64,000 nucleotides of DNA from a virus. Shown here one piece after another: positions 38,827-48,415 of this stretch. Positions within the stretch are counted from its first letter, which is position 1; every line of letters begins with the position of its first letter. Position numbers and translations under genes: made by a program. The notes under the pieces were generated by a model that worked only from the letters and a program-made list of their open reading frames with translations, had not been told where the DNA came from and did not search any database. The stretch covers positions 32,001-96,000 of IMG/VR virus record IMGVR_UViG_3300025466_000012; one strand, 5' to 3'.

Positions 38827-40222
38827 TGATGCTGTTTTGGATCATTACGAAAATCCAAGAAATGTGGGATCGTTTAAGAAGGGTGACGAGGGTGTTGGAG
38901 TTGGACTTGTGGGGGCACCTAGTTGTGGAGATGTTTTACAGTTAAGTATAAAGGTAAATGATGTTGGAATTATTACAGACGCCCGGTTTAAAACTTACGG
39001 CTGTTTAACTAGTAATGCTCCTGTTAATACTCCAACCTGCATTAAAAAAATAAAAGATTTAAAAATCGGCGACGAGGTGTTGGCCTGGAACGGTGAAAAA
39101 ATTGTTAATCAAAAAATACAAAATATAATTAAACATTCGGTTGATGTTGATGAGTTGTTGATTATTACTTTTAAACGCGAGACGAGTAGAAAAAATACCA
39201 ATCCTGGCACCTTCTCATTAATTTGCACAAAAGAACATATATTTTGGAATGCCGATAATACACCAGTAGAAGCACAACAACTACAAGTAGGTCAAGAGTT
39301 GTATGAAATAACCGAACACGAGTTACGAATTCTTACAAATAATAGACATCGCACAGAACTCAAACAAAAAAATAGCAATAGAATGAAAGAATGGAATCAA
39401 ATTTTTGATCATTCAGTATTACCACAAAATCAATCCGGGTATGTGTGTAAAGATTTAGAAACCAAAAAGAAAAAATCTAGGATTGCTTCTTTAAAAAATT
39501 GGAAAGATTCTGATTATGTCAAAAAATGGCAACAGGGAATGGCACGAAGAGATTGGTCTAAACCTACTAGTATTGAACAAAAATATATTGATTTATTTGA
39601 AGAAAACAATGTAGCAATAAAATGGAGTGCTGGAAAGATATGGATTCAAACTGATGCAGGACCAGCAAGCCCAGATTTTATTGTTCCTGGTAAGAAAAAA
39701 TGCATAGAAGTGTATACAAAGCGTATGCCCAAATTCATGCAAGATAGGTCAGAAGAATCAAATTATGTAGTGAATCGTCGCAAACAGTTGGCCACAGCCG
39801 GCTACGATTCATTATTTTTAGCAATAGAAGATATTGATAAATCATTGTCAGAAGTGCAAAATTTCATTCATAACGGAATGAAAATTGTAGATGTTTCACC
39901 AATTACTCATTTAAATCAGTTACGCGGTTGTGAAAGAGATGGAAAATCAGTTGTGGTATATGATTTAAAATTAGAGGGTGGAGCTCATGTGTTTTTCTCT
40001 AACAGAGTTGGGTCACATAATTGTGGATCGGCTATTGCATCATCCAGTCTTATCACTGAATGGGTCAAAGGGAAAACACTGGACGAAGCAGGAAGCATTA
40101 AGAACAGCCAAATTGCTGAAGAGTTGGCGCTCCCGCCCGTCAAAATACATTGTAGCATATTGGCAGAATCCGCCATTACAGCGGCAATTGACGACTATAA
40201 GAAAAGACATAACCTAACATAG
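38816..40222 (+). CDS. iscU: Fe-S cluster scaffold IscU interrupted by an intein
   Basis: Exteins give HYENPRNVG, GAPSCGD, FKTYG-CGSAIASSS and LPPVKIHC; spliced length 128 aa. Confidence 0.93.
   Translation: MAYSDAVLDHYENPRNVGSFKKGDEGVGVGLVGAPSCGDVLQLSIKVNDVGIITDARFKTYGCLTSNAPVNTPTCIKKIKDLKIGDEVLAWNGEKIVNQKIQNIIKHSVDVDELLIITFKRETSRKNTNPGTFSLICTKEHIFWNADNTPVEAQQLQVGQELYEITEHELRILTNNRHRTELKQKNSNRMKEWNQIFDHSVLPQNQSGYVCKDLETKKKKSRIASLKNWKDSDYVKKWQQGMARRDWSKPTSIEQKYIDLFEENNVAIKWSAGKIWIQTDAGPASPDFIVPGKKKCIEVYTKRMPKFMQDRSEESNYVVNRRKQLATAGYDSLFLAIEDIDKSLSEVQNFIHNGMKIVDVSPITHLNQLRGCERDGKSVVVYDLKLEGGAHVFFSNRVGSHNCGSAIASSSLITEWVKGKTLDEAGSIKNSQIAEELALPPVKIHCSILAESAITAAIDDYKKRHNLT
39002..40021 (+). mobile_element. 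Intein (340 aa) with a central endonuclease-like domain
   Basis: Starts CLTSNA; block B CTKEH; VYDLKL; ends SHN; +1 Cys; internal TSIE...PDF...CIEV motifs (Vsr/PD-(D/E)XK-like). Confidence 0.92.
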
Positions 40223-40248
40223 AACAAATAACTTTGCTAAATAAAGTT

Positions 40249-40995
40249 ATGAATAGGTGTAAATGTGGTTGTGGAATATCACTTAGAAAAGATAATAGAA
40301 CTGGATACCAAAAAGGTCATAAACCATGCCCTATTTGCGGTACACTGATAAAGGGCTCAAGTATAGAGTGCTGTTCAAAATCTTGCTCTGCTAAACTACA
40401 CTGGCAAAGAAATCCAGATATGGCAGAATCTAGAACCTGGAATGCTGAACGATATGCTACTAGAGAACAGAATAGAGATACTTGGGTTAAAAACTTGTCA
40501 AATGCTTGCAAAGGTAGAACTCCTTGGAATAAAGATACGCAAGGATTACAAGTAGCGTGGAATAAAGGGTTACCTGGTAATTTTAAGGGAAAGAGGCACA
40601 GTTCTGATTATATTGAAAAAGTTAAAAAGACCAATCTTGAAAGATATGGTGTAGAAAATGTTGGACATTTTGCTAAAACTTCTCCTCGTAGTAAAAAAGA
40701 AAAATCTCTAGAAACAATTTTAATTGATTATGAGATCAATGTTAAAATTGGAAAATACAAACCAGATTATGTGAATGAATCAACTAAACACATAATAGAA
40801 ATTTATGGTGATTACTGGCATTGTAATCCAAAATTATTCAATAAAGATTTTTATCATCCTCAGCTGAAAAAGACAGCCGAAGAAAAATGGTTATTAGATT
40901 TAACTAGACAACAGTATTTTGAATCTTTAGGATACACAGTAGAAATAATATGGGAAAGCGAATTAGATGATTACCGTAACCGACACGGCCAGTAA
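40249..40995 (+). mobile_element. Free-standing Vsr-like homing endonuclease
   Basis: YKPDY, IIEIYGDYWH and GYTVEIIWE motifs; N-terminal CKCGCG and WNKG repeats. Confidence 0.8.
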
Positions 40996-41293
40996 AAAGA
41001 TTGCGCAGAATCTCCAACGCCGCGGACACGGTGTGGGTATCCGAGTGGGTGTGCGCACCACTGGGTGTTCGGGCTTGGCCTATGTGTTGGAATATATAGA
41101 TGACATAACCAAGACTTCTGGGGCCATCGATCATGCTCATGACGATTTTGTCATAAGAATAGACCAACGTGATATTGCCTATCTCGAAGGCATGACCATA
41201 GACTATGTGCGTCAAGGACTCAACGAAGGATTTGAATTCGTGAATCCCAACGAACGGGATCGTTGCGGGTGTGGAGAAAGTTTTCGCGTATGA
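40967..41293 (+). CDS. iscA: Fe-S cluster A-type carrier IscA
   Basis: TTGCSGLAY, GMTIDY and NPNERDRCGCGESF motifs. Confidence 0.95.
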   Translation: MITVTDTASKKIAQNLQRRGHGVGIRVGVRTTGCSGLAYVLEYIDDITKTSGAIDHAHDDFVIRIDQRDIAYLEGMTIDYVRQGLNEGFEFVNPNERDRCGCGESFRV

Positions 41294-41958
41294 AAATCTG
41301 CATAGTAGGATTTCCTAGATCTAGAAGTAGTCTTCTTTTAGAAGCTATCGGAAATCATCATGGAATACCTATTTTGGGTCAAGACTTGGAACAGATTGTT
41401 AGCTTACCTAACATAGCCCCACACTCTGAGCAGTACATGAAATTGCTGGCTGGAATACTAACCAAACCGGTTGGAGTAATAAGATTACATCCTGCTCAGC
41501 TTGCATACAAAAAAATCATCTGCGAATTTGACCTGTTTAATTTTGAACAGTACACCCACATCTATCTAACTGCTAGACGGTGTATAGCAGATGCAATCAG
41601 CAGCAATTTGGTAGCCCGCCATCTAAATATGTGGAACTACAATCAAGATAATCCGTCTCTCGAATTTGTGGAGCCTATCGAACTAACCGAGCAATATCAC
41701 AAAGATGTAAAACATTATGTGTATAGCGAGCATATTATGGCCGAATTACAATCGTATTTCTTGAATAAAAATATTAAATTCACACAGTTATACTATGAGG
41801 ATATTCCAGAATTTGTTAGAGACAATCTTGGAAATACCGATGTGTCTCATGTGAAGACCAATTATCAATACAGTACCATAATTAAAAACTACAATAGCAT
41901 AATGCAGTTATACCATATCTACAAAGAACAGTTACAACAGTTGACATTGACGCAGTGA
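41290..41958 (+). CDS. Sulfotransferase-like P-loop protein
   Basis: N-terminal VGFPRSRSS; SSNLVAR; LYYED; AT-rich. Confidence 0.55.
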   Translation: MKICIVGFPRSRSSLLLEAIGNHHGIPILGQDLEQIVSLPNIAPHSEQYMKLLAGILTKPVGVIRLHPAQLAYKKIICEFDLFNFEQYTHIYLTARRCIADAISSNLVARHLNMWNYNQDNPSLEFVEPIELTEQYHKDVKHYVYSEHIMAELQSYFLNKNIKFTQLYYEDIPEFVRDNLGNTDVSHVKTNYQYSTIIKNYNSIMQLYHIYKEQLQQLTLTQ

Positions 41959-41976
41959 TAGTGTTATAATAACACA

Positions 41977-42693
41977 ATGTACAATCCTCGATTCAATTAC
42001 CAACCCATACCCAGAGAAACTGTGGATGGTCGACGCTTGTATGCCACACCCGATGGCGGTCGACTGCCCAGCGTGACTACCATACTGGAGGCCACCAAAC
42101 CTGAAGAGAAACGCCAGGCATTGCAAAACTGGCGCAATCGTGTGGGGCATACACAGGCACAGGCCATCACGACTGAAGCGGCCAATAGAGGCACCAGGAT
42201 GCACAAGTATCTGGAAGATTATACAAAAACAGGTGCCATTGCTGATCCTGGATCCAATCCTTATAGCCAACAAAGCCATACCATGGCACAGACTATTATA
42301 ACAAACGGTCTGTGCCACGTGAGCGAGGTCTGGGGCTATGAGGTTCCGCTGTATTTTCCTGGCATCTATGCCGGAACCACGGATGCCGCTGGTCTACATC
42401 TGTATCAACCGAGCATTCTGGATTACAAGCAGACCAACAAGCCCAAACGACGTGAGTGGATTGAGGACTATTTCTTGCAACTGTGTGCCTACGCCGAAGC
42501 GCACAATGCAGTACATGGCACCGACATACAAAAAGGTGTGGTACTCATGTGTGTCAAACCCGAGATGGATGACCAAGGTAACTTGATCACTCAGCCGCAA
42601 TATCAAGAATTTGTCATTGAGGGCGCCGAGTTTGAACTGTATCGCCAGCTATGGTGGCACAGGGTTGAACAGTACTATCTAGCGAATCACTGA
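41977..42693 (+). CDS. PD-(D/E)XK exonuclease (Cas4-like phage exonuclease)
   Basis: LPSVTTIL, RGTRMH, YAGTTD, ILDYKQT and QLCAYA motifs. Confidence 0.8.
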   Translation: MYNPRFNYQPIPRETVDGRRLYATPDGGRLPSVTTILEATKPEEKRQALQNWRNRVGHTQAQAITTEAANRGTRMHKYLEDYTKTGAIADPGSNPYSQQSHTMAQTIITNGLCHVSEVWGYEVPLYFPGIYAGTTDAAGLHLYQPSILDYKQTNKPKRREWIEDYFLQLCAYAEAHNAVHGTDIQKGVVLMCVKPEMDDQGNLITQPQYQEFVIEGAEFELYRQLWWHRVEQYYLANH

Positions 42694-42887
42694 TTGACTG
42701 GGACACCGCCCAGCACTTCGTTGCCGTCAGCATCGATGTCATTGGGTATGTCGATCTGATTGCCGCCTCGGCTGGCCACGATTCCGGCACCTACCAGTTG
42801 TTGCATCAAAAAATGCACTTTCATTTCTAGAGTTCTCATCGCTGAATCTGGATCGATTCTTTCATCTCTTTCCCAATAGCCTGCCAT
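42687..42887 (-). CDS. Small hypothetical protein
   Basis: Minus-strand AGGAGAC RBS and CTAAATA motif upstream of the ATG at 42887. Confidence 0.6.
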   Translation of the reverse strand: MAGYWERDERIDPDSAMRTLEMKVHFLMQQLVGAGIVASRGGNQIDIPNDIDADGNEVLGGVPVNQ

Positions 42888-42953
42888 ACTGTCTCCTGTT
42901 TTGTCAGGATATTTAGCCCAAACTAAATACATCATAGACACAGAGGACAACAA

Positions 42954-43508
42954 ATGGCCATAGTACAGATCAGTCAGATCACCAATCGAAAAGGTTTACA
43001 ATCAGAATTGCCGCAACTGGCTGGTGCCGAGTTTGGATGGAGCACGGACACACGTCAGCTGTTTATCGGAAACGGTACCTTGCAAGACGGTGCTCCGGTC
43101 ATTGGTAATACCGAGATCTTGACCGAATACAGCAACATAGGTGCTTTGTTTTCTTCCACACAGAGTCAGTTCACGCAAGGCAGTTACACCAGGATCAACG
43201 GTCAAACTGTGACCCTGTTGGACAACACTGGGTCCGCAACCACGTTGTTCACGATAGACACAGTGCGTACACCCACTTTCAGTTTCGATTATTCGATTGC
43301 TAGATCAGGAGCCTATCGCGTGGGGACTTGGCGAGCGGCCGCAGCCGGATCGGCCACGCTGGCAACTGTGGATTCGGGCACTGAGAACACCAGTACCGGA
43401 GTCACGCTTGCTATCACACAGAATCTCACCACCATAACAGTAAGCTACACTACCACCAGTACCGGCAACAACGCGATACTCAACTATTCTATCTACTACC
43501 TGGCCTGA
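42954..43508 (+). CDS. Tail-fibre-type protein with Mtd N-terminal-like domain
   Basis: RKGLQSELPQLAGAEFGWSTDTRQLFIGNG motif; CTAAATA at 42923-29. Confidence 0.7.
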   Translation: MAIVQISQITNRKGLQSELPQLAGAEFGWSTDTRQLFIGNGTLQDGAPVIGNTEILTEYSNIGALFSSTQSQFTQGSYTRINGQTVTLLDNTGSATTLFTIDTVRTPTFSFDYSIARSGAYRVGTWRAAAAGSATLATVDSGTENTSTGVTLAITQNLTTITVSYTTTSTGNNAILNYSIYYLA

Positions 43509-43933
43509 TGTGGTCCACCAGCTTTCCTGAGCGTTTGGCCGGGTGGAAGAATCTCCGCATGACATGCCAAGATCTGGATGCTCGGACTGCACTAGAACAA
43601 ATCAATGCTTGGTGGTTTGGTACTCCGTGGCAACCGTATTATCTACACTGGGACGATGTAGAGACTTGGCCTGATCCGTGGGCTCTTTTGAGCGATGATG
43701 TGTATTGTGATCTTGCAAGAAGTCTTGGAATCATGTATACTATAAGCATGTTGGAACGTCAGGACCTTGCCGATGCCGAATTGATCATGTCACAAAATGG
43801 ACATAATTTAGTCTCGGTCGGTCAATCAAAATATATACTTAATTGGAGCCCGGACACAGTAGTAAATACTTCCTCCGATATACAGATACAACGAAGTCTC
43901 AAATTATCCGAGATCGCACAAAAATACGAATAG
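43508..43933 (+). CDS. Hypothetical protein
   Basis: Intact ORF coupled to the upstream gene. Confidence 0.6.
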   Translation: MWSTSFPERLAGWKNLRMTCQDLDARTALEQINAWWFGTPWQPYYLHWDDVETWPDPWALLSDDVYCDLARSLGIMYTISMLERQDLADAELIMSQNGHNLVSVGQSKYILNWSPDTVVNTSSDIQIQRSLKLSEIAQKYE

Positions 43934-43940
43934 AACAACA

Positions 43941-46265
43941 ATGAACCAAATCACCGTAGTAAAACGCAGTGGCCGTCGCGAACCATTGGATCTAGTCAAA
44001 TGGCAGGCACAGATAGCCAAGGTATGCCAAGGCATCGCCGACGTCAGCCAAAGCATGATTGAAATCAAAAGCCAGTTGCATTTTTATGATGGAATCACCA
44101 CCACGGAAATAGATGGAATCACGCTAAGAAGCATCGTGGATCTGATCGACGTAGAAAGCAATCCGGACATAGGCAATGTGAACTATCAGTATGTGGCTGG
44201 CAAACAACGACTCAGCATGCTGAGGAAAGATGTATATGGCAGCTATGATCCTCCGCATCTTTACGAAATCGTCAAACGCAATGTTGCTGTAGGCCTGTAT
44301 TCGTCCGAACTGCTGTCATGGTACAGCGAGGACGATTGGAACCGAATGAACGACATGATCGACCACGACAAGGACGAACTGTACGGATATGCTGCTATCG
44401 AGCAAATGATTGAAAAATATCTAGTGCGTAACAGAGCAACAAAGGAAATTTATGAAACTCCACAAGTTAGATACATGGTCGCGGCCGCTACTGTGTTTCA
44501 TGCCGAAGAACCCAACAACGCACGCCTGCGCTACATCAAGGAGTACTACAACTGTGCCAGTGACGGACTGTTCACTCTTGCCACTCCTGTGCTTGCAGGG
44601 CTTGGAACTCCTACTAAACAGTTTAGTTCATGTGTGCTTATACGTGCAGATGATGATCTGGATAGTATTTTTGCATCGGGCGAGATGATGGCCAAATATG
44701 CCAGCAAGCGTGCTGGCATTGGTCTAGAAGTGGGACGTCTAAGACCGCTGGGCAGTCCTATTCGTGGTGGCGAAATCATGCACACAGGCATGATACCGTT
44801 CCTGAAAAAATGGTTTGGTGATCTACGCAGTTGTAGTCAAGGTGGTATTCGCAATGCCAGTGCCACGGTGTTTTATCCCATCTGGCATCTACAGTTTGAC
44901 GATCTTATCGTGCTCAAAAACAACCAAGGTACCGAAGAGACTCGTGTGAGACACATGGACTATGGTGTGGTACTCAGCGCATTTTTCTGGCGTAGATTCA
45001 AGAACCGAGAGAATATTACATTTTTTGATCCCAATCAAGTGCCCGACCTGTATGAAGCTTTCTACAAAGACACTGCACGATTTGAAGAACTGTATGTGCG
45101 TTATGAGAAGCGGCAGGATCTACGTACCAAGACCATGGCAGCCGAGGATGTGTTCAAGGGTGGCATACTCAAGGAAAGAACTGACACCGGTCGAATCTAT
45201 CTGGTGTTCATCGACAACGTGCAACGTCAAGGACCGTTTGATCCTGAATTCCATACCATTTATCAGAGTAACTTGTGTATGGAGATCCTGTTGCCTACCA
45301 AGAGCTTCAAACGCTTAGACGATGACGAAGGCAGAATTAGTTTATGCACTCTTGGGTCGCTAAACTGGGGAGCATTTCGTAATCCAGAAGATATGCGTAG
45401 AGCAAATAGAATTTTGTTGCGTTCACTGAATAACATACTTGACTATCAAGACTTCTTATCTATTCAGAGTAAGTTAAGCAACGACGAGATTCGCCCTATT
45501 GGCATTGGTATTACTAACTTGGCCTATTGGCACGCTAAACGTGGATTAAAATACGGAACCCCGGAAGCATTAGCCGAAGTTAAAACTTGGACCGAACACC
45601 AAGCGTATTACTTAACAGAAGCTACTGTGGAACTTGCTAAGGAGCGAGGAGCTTGTTTACATTCTGCTAAAACACGATACGGACAAGGAATATTCCCGTG
45701 GGAATTAAGAGCCGCCGGAGTAAACGAACTTACTAACTTTACGCCAGAACTTGACTGGGAAGCATTACGTGAACAAATGAAACAATATGGTGTTCGTAAT
45801 GCCACTGTTATGGCTGTGGCACCTGTAGAATCAAGCAGTGTAGTAATCAACTCAACCAACGGCATTGAAATGCCCATGAGCCTTATTACCGTTAAAGAAT
45901 CAAAAGCAGGATCGCTCATCCAGGTGGCTCCTGAATACAACAAGTTAAAATCAAAATATCAACTTATGTGGGATCAGAAGGACTGTATTGAATATCTTAA
46001 AACCGCAGCTGTTATTGCGGCATACACGGATCAAAGCCTGAGTTCAAATACTTTCTATAATCCTGCACACTATCCAGATAGAAAAGTTCCTACTACATTG
46101 ATTGCCAAGAACTTGATGTTGGCCCATAAGTTTGGCCTCAAAACTCTATACTACTCACTAATAAACAAACAAGGTAGTAAAGGCCAAGATGACGAGGAAG
46201 CAACTGAATTGGAAGTGATTGATTTTGACGAATCTGAGGAGGATTGTGTGGCCTGTAAACTATGA
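43941..46265 (+). CDS. nrdA: Ribonucleotide reductase class Ia, alpha subunit
   Basis: N-terminal ATP cone (VVKRSG); FSSC, QSNLCME, CTLG and APVESSS motifs; C-terminal CVAC. Confidence 0.97.
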   Translation: MNQITVVKRSGRREPLDLVKWQAQIAKVCQGIADVSQSMIEIKSQLHFYDGITTTEIDGITLRSIVDLIDVESNPDIGNVNYQYVAGKQRLSMLRKDVYGSYDPPHLYEIVKRNVAVGLYSSELLSWYSEDDWNRMNDMIDHDKDELYGYAAIEQMIEKYLVRNRATKEIYETPQVRYMVAAATVFHAEEPNNARLRYIKEYYNCASDGLFTLATPVLAGLGTPTKQFSSCVLIRADDDLDSIFASGEMMAKYASKRAGIGLEVGRLRPLGSPIRGGEIMHTGMIPFLKKWFGDLRSCSQGGIRNASATVFYPIWHLQFDDLIVLKNNQGTEETRVRHMDYGVVLSAFFWRRFKNRENITFFDPNQVPDLYEAFYKDTARFEELYVRYEKRQDLRTKTMAAEDVFKGGILKERTDTGRIYLVFIDNVQRQGPFDPEFHTIYQSNLCMEILLPTKSFKRLDDDEGRISLCTLGSLNWGAFRNPEDMRRANRILLRSLNNILDYQDFLSIQSKLSNDEIRPIGIGITNLAYWHAKRGLKYGTPEALAEVKTWTEHQAYYLTEATVELAKERGACLHSAKTRYGQGIFPWELRAAGVNELTNFTPELDWEALREQMKQYGVRNATVMAVAPVESSSVVINSTNGIEMPMSLITVKESKAGSLIQVAPEYNKLKSKYQLMWDQKDCIEYLKTAAVIAAYTDQSLSSNTFYNPAHYPDRKVPTTLIAKNLMLAHKFGLKTLYYSLINKQGSKGQDDEEATELEVIDFDESEEDCVACKL

Positions 46266-46498
46266 ACTATCAACAGATTTACACTAATCTAATAATAAGT
46301 AAAGCACAACGGGCTAATGGCGGTAATGGACCTGCTAAACACAAAGAAGAATCAAAAAACAAAACTAAAGCATCAATGAAATTAAAGCCGCGAGCTAATA
46401 AAGTATGTCCGCATTGTAAAAAAGAAGGCGGATTCTTATCAATGAGTCGTTGGCACTTTGACAACTGTAAGGAAAAATATGTCACGAGCGCAATATGA
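46262..46498 (+). pseudogene. Degenerate homing endonuclease (catalytic domain apparently deleted)
   Basis: MNYQQIYTNLI start, NUMOD3-like KHKEESKNK and CPHC...RWHFDNC tail; only 78 aa. Confidence 0.55.
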
Positions 46499-47579
46499 TT
46501 TATCAACAAAAACAGATTATACACGCAGGAAAATGTTCCTCGATCCTGCTGGACCTGTCACAATACAACGGTTTGAAGAAATTAAATATCAAAAACTTGG
46601 TAAGTTTGAGCAGGAACAAAGAGGGTTCTTTTGGGTACCTGAAGAAGTATCGTTAACCAAAGATGCTAACGACTTTAAAGAGGCAAGTGACACAGTTCGT
46701 CATATCTTTACAAGTAATTTATTGCGACAGACTGCTTTAGATAGTTTGCAAGGTCGTGGTCCAGTGCAAGTGTTCAGTCCTGTATGTTCCATTCCTGAAC
46801 TCGAAGCACTGGTGATGGTGTGGTCGTTTATGGAAACAAACATTCACAGTCGCAGCTACAGTCATATCATTCGCAACATCTACAATGTGCCCAAGGACGA
46901 GTTCAATAGAATACACGACATCGAAGAGATAGTGGGCATGGCATCCAACATCGGAACTTACTATGATCGCTTGCACCGACTGAACAGCAACAAAGAAATA
47001 GAGCTCGACGTAGACGAACAGGAACACATCCGTGCTATCTGGTTGGCACTCAATGCCAGTTACGGGCTGGAAGCATTCAGATTCATGGTTAGCTTTGCTA
47101 CCAGCTTGGCCATGGTGGAGAATCGCATCTTTATTGGCAACGGCAACATCATCAGCTTGATCCTACAGGATGAGATCCTGCACAAGGACTGGACAGCTTG
47201 GATCATCAACCAAGTGGTCAAAGAAGATCCCAGATTTGCACAAGCACGCATCGACTGCGAGGAAGAAGTTTATGCCATGTACGCAGACGTGATACGAGAA
47301 GAAAAGGCCTGGGCCGACTATCTGTTCCAGAAAGGACCAGTAATTGGTCTCAATGCCAACATACTGAAAGATTTTGTAGATTTCATTGCTGTGGGTGCGC
47401 TAAAAGAAATTGGTATCAAGTATCGCTCACCGGCACCGCGTACTACGCCGGTGCCATGGTTCAACAAGCATGTGAACACATCAAACAAACAGACAGCGTT
47501 GCAAGAGTCAGAAAGCACCAACTATGTGATCGGAGTCATGAGTGATGTTCTAGATTACGACGCATTACCTGCGCTATAA
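46479..47579 (+). CDS. nrdB: Ribonucleotide reductase class Ia, beta subunit
   Basis: FFWVPEEV, ETNIHSRSY, LEAFRF, DEILH and ALQESE motifs. Confidence 0.96.
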   Translation: MSRAQYDLSTKTDYTRRKMFLDPAGPVTIQRFEEIKYQKLGKFEQEQRGFFWVPEEVSLTKDANDFKEASDTVRHIFTSNLLRQTALDSLQGRGPVQVFSPVCSIPELEALVMVWSFMETNIHSRSYSHIIRNIYNVPKDEFNRIHDIEEIVGMASNIGTYYDRLHRLNSNKEIELDVDEQEHIRAIWLALNASYGLEAFRFMVSFATSLAMVENRIFIGNGNIISLILQDEILHKDWTAWIINQVVKEDPRFAQARIDCEEEVYAMYADVIREEKAWADYLFQKGPVIGLNANILKDFVDFIAVGALKEIGIKYRSPAPRTTPVPWFNKHVNTSNKQTALQESESTNYVIGVMSDVLDYDALPAL

Positions 47580-47599
47580 TAACTCAAAGGAGAACAAAA

Positions 47600-47824
47600 A
47601 TGAAAGCCATCGTATGGTCAAAGAATCACTGCCCCTATTGTGATCAGGCCAAAAACTTGCTGAAACTCAAAGGTATCGAATACGAAGAAAGAAACATCAA
47701 CCAAGGATGGGACCGCGAGGACCTCATGGCTGCTGTGCCCTCTGCCAGAACTGTGCCACAGATTTTTCTAGACGATAAATTAGTAGGTGGATTTAACGAA
47801 CTTCGACAACTTTTACAAGGATAG
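47600..47824 (+). CDS. nrdC: Glutaredoxin
   Basis: CPYC active site; TVPQIF; VGGF. Confidence 0.93.
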   Translation: MKAIVWSKNHCPYCDQAKNLLKLKGIEYEERNINQGWDREDLMAAVPSARTVPQIFLDDKLVGGFNELRQLLQG

Positions 47825-47825
47825 C

Positions 47826-48122
47826 ATGCTTACTCTAGATCAAGTTTACACCATCAAGATAGCCAACGGTGACGAAATAGTGGCCAAGGTGGTCGCTGAA
47901 GATGTGGACACGTACACCGTGATCAGACCGCTCACGGTAATTCCCGGACGTGAAGGAATCAACATGGTCAACAGTTTATTCACAGTCGGCCCCGACGAAC
48001 CAGTCACTATAAATAAATCACAGGTGGCACTGTATGCTGTGGCCAGGCAAGAAGTATGCGACAGCTATCTAGAAGCCACCACTGGCATCAAGCCAGTGCG
48101 CAACAAGATCTTGATGGGATAA
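47826..48122 (+). CDS. Small Sm-like hypothetical protein
   Basis: TIKIANGDEIVAKV beta-strand pattern. Confidence 0.5.
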   Translation: MLTLDQVYTIKIANGDEIVAKVVAEDVDTYTVIRPLTVIPGREGINMVNSLFTVGPDEPVTINKSQVALYAVARQEVCDSYLEATTGIKPVRNKILMG

Positions 48123-48123
48123 C

Positions 48124-48414
48124 ATGCCAGGCTTTGTACAACGTGTGGGTGATGCTGATGTGGGCGGAGGAGTGATTCTAACCGGCGAGCCCACTGTGTT
48201 GGTCAATTTTAGGCCCATAGCCACTGTGGGCAGTTTGGTCAGTCCACATCCTCCTTGCGGCCACCCGGGCGGTGCACTGCACTGTGCAGCCGTGACCACT
48301 ACCAACAGTCCTACCATCTTGGCCGGATTCCGTCCCATAACCACAGCTGGCACTATTGACACCTGCGGCCATCCGCGTGTGACTGGGGCCTTCACCGTCA
48401 TAGCAGGATTGTAA
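48124..48414 (+). CDS. PAAR-motif spike tip protein (gp5.4-like)
   Basis: RVGD, PIATVGS, PH..C..H and D.CGH motifs. Confidence 0.8.
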   Translation: MPGFVQRVGDADVGGGVILTGEPTVLVNFRPIATVGSLVSPHPPCGHPGGALHCAAVTTTNSPTILAGFRPITTAGTIDTCGHPRVTGAFTVIAGL

Positions 48415-48415
48415 A

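Noticed and set aside
41977-42693. CRISPR-Cas system suggested by the Cas4-like nuclease
   Set aside because: No repeat-spacer array or other cas genes are visible; solo PD-(D/E)XK exonucleases are common in phages.
42954-43508. Diversity-generating retroelement suggested by the Mtd-like N-terminus
   Set aside because: No reverse transcriptase, and no template/variable repeat pair differing at adenines, was seen in the window. The domain is the generic N-terminal anchor.
43941-47579. Group I introns or inteins in nrdA, nrdB or terL
   Set aside because: These reading frames are continuous and of normal length, with no Hint motifs.
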